A stretch of 45,827 bases of DNA, taken from positions 1-45,827 of the forward strand of contig JASHTH010000467.1 of the NCBI GenBank assembly GCA_030040655.1. Reading direction: 5' to 3'. This stretch comes from Acidobacteriaceae bacterium (GTDB taxonomy: Bacteria > Acidobacteriota > Terriglobia > Terriglobales > Acidobacteriaceae). The position numbers were made by a program, and so were the translations under genes. The stretch's first letter is position 1. Each line of letters opens with the position of its first letter. This document shows, piece by piece, positions 44,010-45,827 of this stretch. The notes under the pieces were generated by a model. That model worked only from the letters and a program-made list of their open reading frames with translations, did no database searches and was not told the DNA's origin.

Positions 44010-45827
44010 TCAGAATCTCATCCTCAATCCCAACTGGATCTGCCGTTCCCGGTAGAAGTTCGTCGCATTGATGTTGAGCGGCTGGCCGAAGGCCGTGGTA
44101 TTGGGCTTGAGACCGGTCAGGAAGTTGAGCGTGGGCAGGCCTCCGGAAAGCGAGCCGGACTGGATGTAGTAGCCCGTGGTTTCGAGTTCGGTGACATTCT
44201 GATGGTTGAAGAGGTTGAAGCTTTCGGCGAGAAGCTCGAGCTTGCGCATGGAGCCGAGGTCGAAGGATTTGGCGAGGCGCAGGTCGGCTTTCCACGCGGG
44301 CGGATAGCGAAAGGTGTTGCGGCCCACGCCGTAAACGCGGTTGTCTCCGCCCGAGCCGTTCATCCCCGGCCCCAGTCCGACGATCGCCGCGCCGGTGAGC
44401 ACAGCGAACTCCTCGGGGATGGAGCCGGCGGTGCGCATCGTATAGGGCAGACCGCTGCGGTAGTTTCCGATGCCCGAGAGCATCCAGCCGTTGGCGAGTT
44501 GCGCGGCCCAGTTGCCCGCACCGCGAATTGCCCGCAGCTTCCACGGCGACTCGAGGACGGCCATGAGGGCGGCAGAGTGGCGAATGTCGAGATCGCTCGT
44601 GCCGTATTCGAGTGCAAAATCGCCGGGGTCGAAGACCGTGCTGCCGGCGACGAGCGCCGACTCGTTGGGGTTCCAATCCATGGCGTGAGCGTATGTGTAA
44701 TGGGCGTGGAGCGAGAACCCGCGGCCATGGCGTTCGAGGCGGAAGATGGCGGCCTCATACGTCGAGTTGGCGCGATCGACGATCTGGGTGATCTGCTGAT
44801 AGGCGGGATCGAGACGGCCGGCGAAGCCCGTAGGTGACGTTGTCGACGGCCACGAGGCATAGAAAGGCACGGTAATCTGCGGGGTTTTGATTGGGCCGGC
44901 GCCGGTGAAGCCGCAGGCTCCGCTGGTCGGGGTGGGAGCGATCTCATCGCACACGGCGTAGGTGATCGTGCCGGGATTGACGGCGGGGTCGAAGTTGGAA
45001 TCGATGGAGATGGGCAGATGGCGCGCAAGGCTGCCCATTGCGCCCGCAGTGAGGGCGATATGGCCGGGCAGGCTTTCTTCGATGGCCGTGACCGCCTGGT
45101 GAATCTGCGGATTGCGGAAATCCGGCGCGAATTCGACCGCGCCGGGCTTGACCACGCTCAGCGGCTCGCCCTGGAGCACGTACGGAAAGGGCGGCGCGCC
45201 GCCGGAGTAGTTGGGCAGGTCGTCCGTCGGCCGCATGAAGAAGTTGAGATCGCCGTTGAGCGAGCCGGTCTGGGTGAGCGCGGCGAGCGCGGTCGCGTTC
45301 TCGGTGCGGGCAAAGTACATCCCATATCCCATCCGCAAAACCGGCCAGTGGCCTTCGGAACCGCCCACGGCGAGGCTGGCGCGCGGTCCCCAATTGTTGC
45401 CGAGGGATGGAAGTTTGCCCGCCAGTGGGAGCTGCGGGTTGGCAAGCGCAGGGATGGGCGGCGGAAGCTGCTCGCGCTCCCAGCGGAGGCCGAGCGAGAG
45501 CACGAAGAGGTGTCCGGGTTGCCATTGCGTAGTGGCAAATCCCGCCCAGTCGTTGGTGCTGAGCTGCCATGCGTTGGGGCCCATGGTCTGCGTATAGGAC
45601 GAGTAGCAGGGCAGGTCGCCCAGGCCGCGCAATTGCCCTGAGGTGTCGCGCCACACCTTGCCCGTTTGGTCGCAGTTGTGCTGGTTGTACGGGTTCAGAG
45701 CGCCGTTGAGGCCAAAGGCGGCAAACGTGAGCGCGTCCGAAGCGAAGTTCTCCAGCGTGGAGTAAGAATAGGTGCCGGTTTGGTTGCGCAGCAGGCTGGT
45801 GGCATCGAGATTGTGCTCCAGAGAAAA
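44010..45827 (-). CDS. TonB-dependent receptor (Oar-like), N-terminus beyond window
   Basis: Frame open to window end; LSLGLRWE, NNWGPRASLA, LRMGYG, DLRLAKSF, ESFNLFNHQN, terminal RQIQLGLRMRF beta-signal. Confidence 0.92.
   Translation of the reverse strand, partial: FSLEHNLDATSLLRNQTGTYSYSTLENFASDALTFAAFGLNGALNPYNQHNCDQTGKVWRDTSGQLRGLGDLPCYSSYTQTMGPNAWQLSTNDWAGFATTQWQPGHLFVLSLGLRWEREQLPPPIPALANPQLPLAGKLPSLGNNWGPRASLAVGGSEGHWPVLRMGYGMYFARTENATALAALTQTGSLNGDLNFFMRPTDDLPNYSGGAPPFPYVLQGEPLSVVKPGAVEFAPDFRNPQIHQAVTAIEESLPGHIALTAGAMGSLARHLPISIDSNFDPAVNPGTITYAVCDEIAPTPTSGACGFTGAGPIKTPQITVPFYASWPSTTSPTGFAGRLDPAYQQITQIVDRANSTYEAAIFRLERHGRGFSLHAHYTYAHAMDWNPNESALVAGSTVFDPGDFALEYGTSDLDIRHSAALMAVLESPWKLRAIRGAGNWAAQLANGWMLSGIGNYRSGLPYTMRTAGSIPEEFAVLTGAAIVGLGPGMNGSGGDNRVYGVGRNTFRYPPAWKADLRLAKSFDLGSMRKLELLAESFNLFNHQNVTELETTGYYIQSGSLSGGLPTLNFLTGLKPNTTAFGQPLNINATNFYRERQIQLGLRMRF

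Noticed and set aside
1-45827. rRNA, tRNA, known riboswitch or defence-system genes
   Set aside because: None recognised by eye in intergenic gaps or ORFs; a tRNAscan/Infernal/DefenseFinder run would be needed to exclude them formally

Overview
GC-rich bacterial chromosomal window with about 31 protein-coding genes. Gene content, the PadR/permease pair, the Oar-type TonB receptor and the repeat types suggest Acidobacteriota (inference). Housekeeping and envelope genes: pspA (partial), glgP, bamD, rpe, birA-coaX-hypothetical-rlmD-comEC. Catabolic and secreted functions: M61 peptidase, lactonase-fold propeller, GH8, a Tat-lactonase/rhmT/rhmD L-rhamnonate cluster, hydantoinase/oxoprolinase A+B with a divergent MFS, and an Asp-box propeller. 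Also a GGDEF protein, UPF0182, a collagen-like protein and a divergent PadR/membrane-partner versus ABC-exporter module with a perfect 15-bp inverted repeat. No rRNA, tRNA, CRISPR array, integrase or transposase was seen. The most unusual signals are non-coding. (1) Three copies of a ~110-155 bp MITE-like element with 14-15 bp terminal inverted repeats and TA flanks; two carry a nested 38-bp hairpin with a compensatory base-pair change, and one appears to have inserted into the glgP stop codon, adding 19 residues. (2) REP/BIME-like GGCTRAAGCC hairpin clusters. (3) Two fold-back heptamer arrays. Also notable: an early in-frame TAA in a YciF-like gene, a BamD lacking a lipobox, and a CoaX with altered motifs. 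All family calls come from motif recognition by eye; no searches were run.
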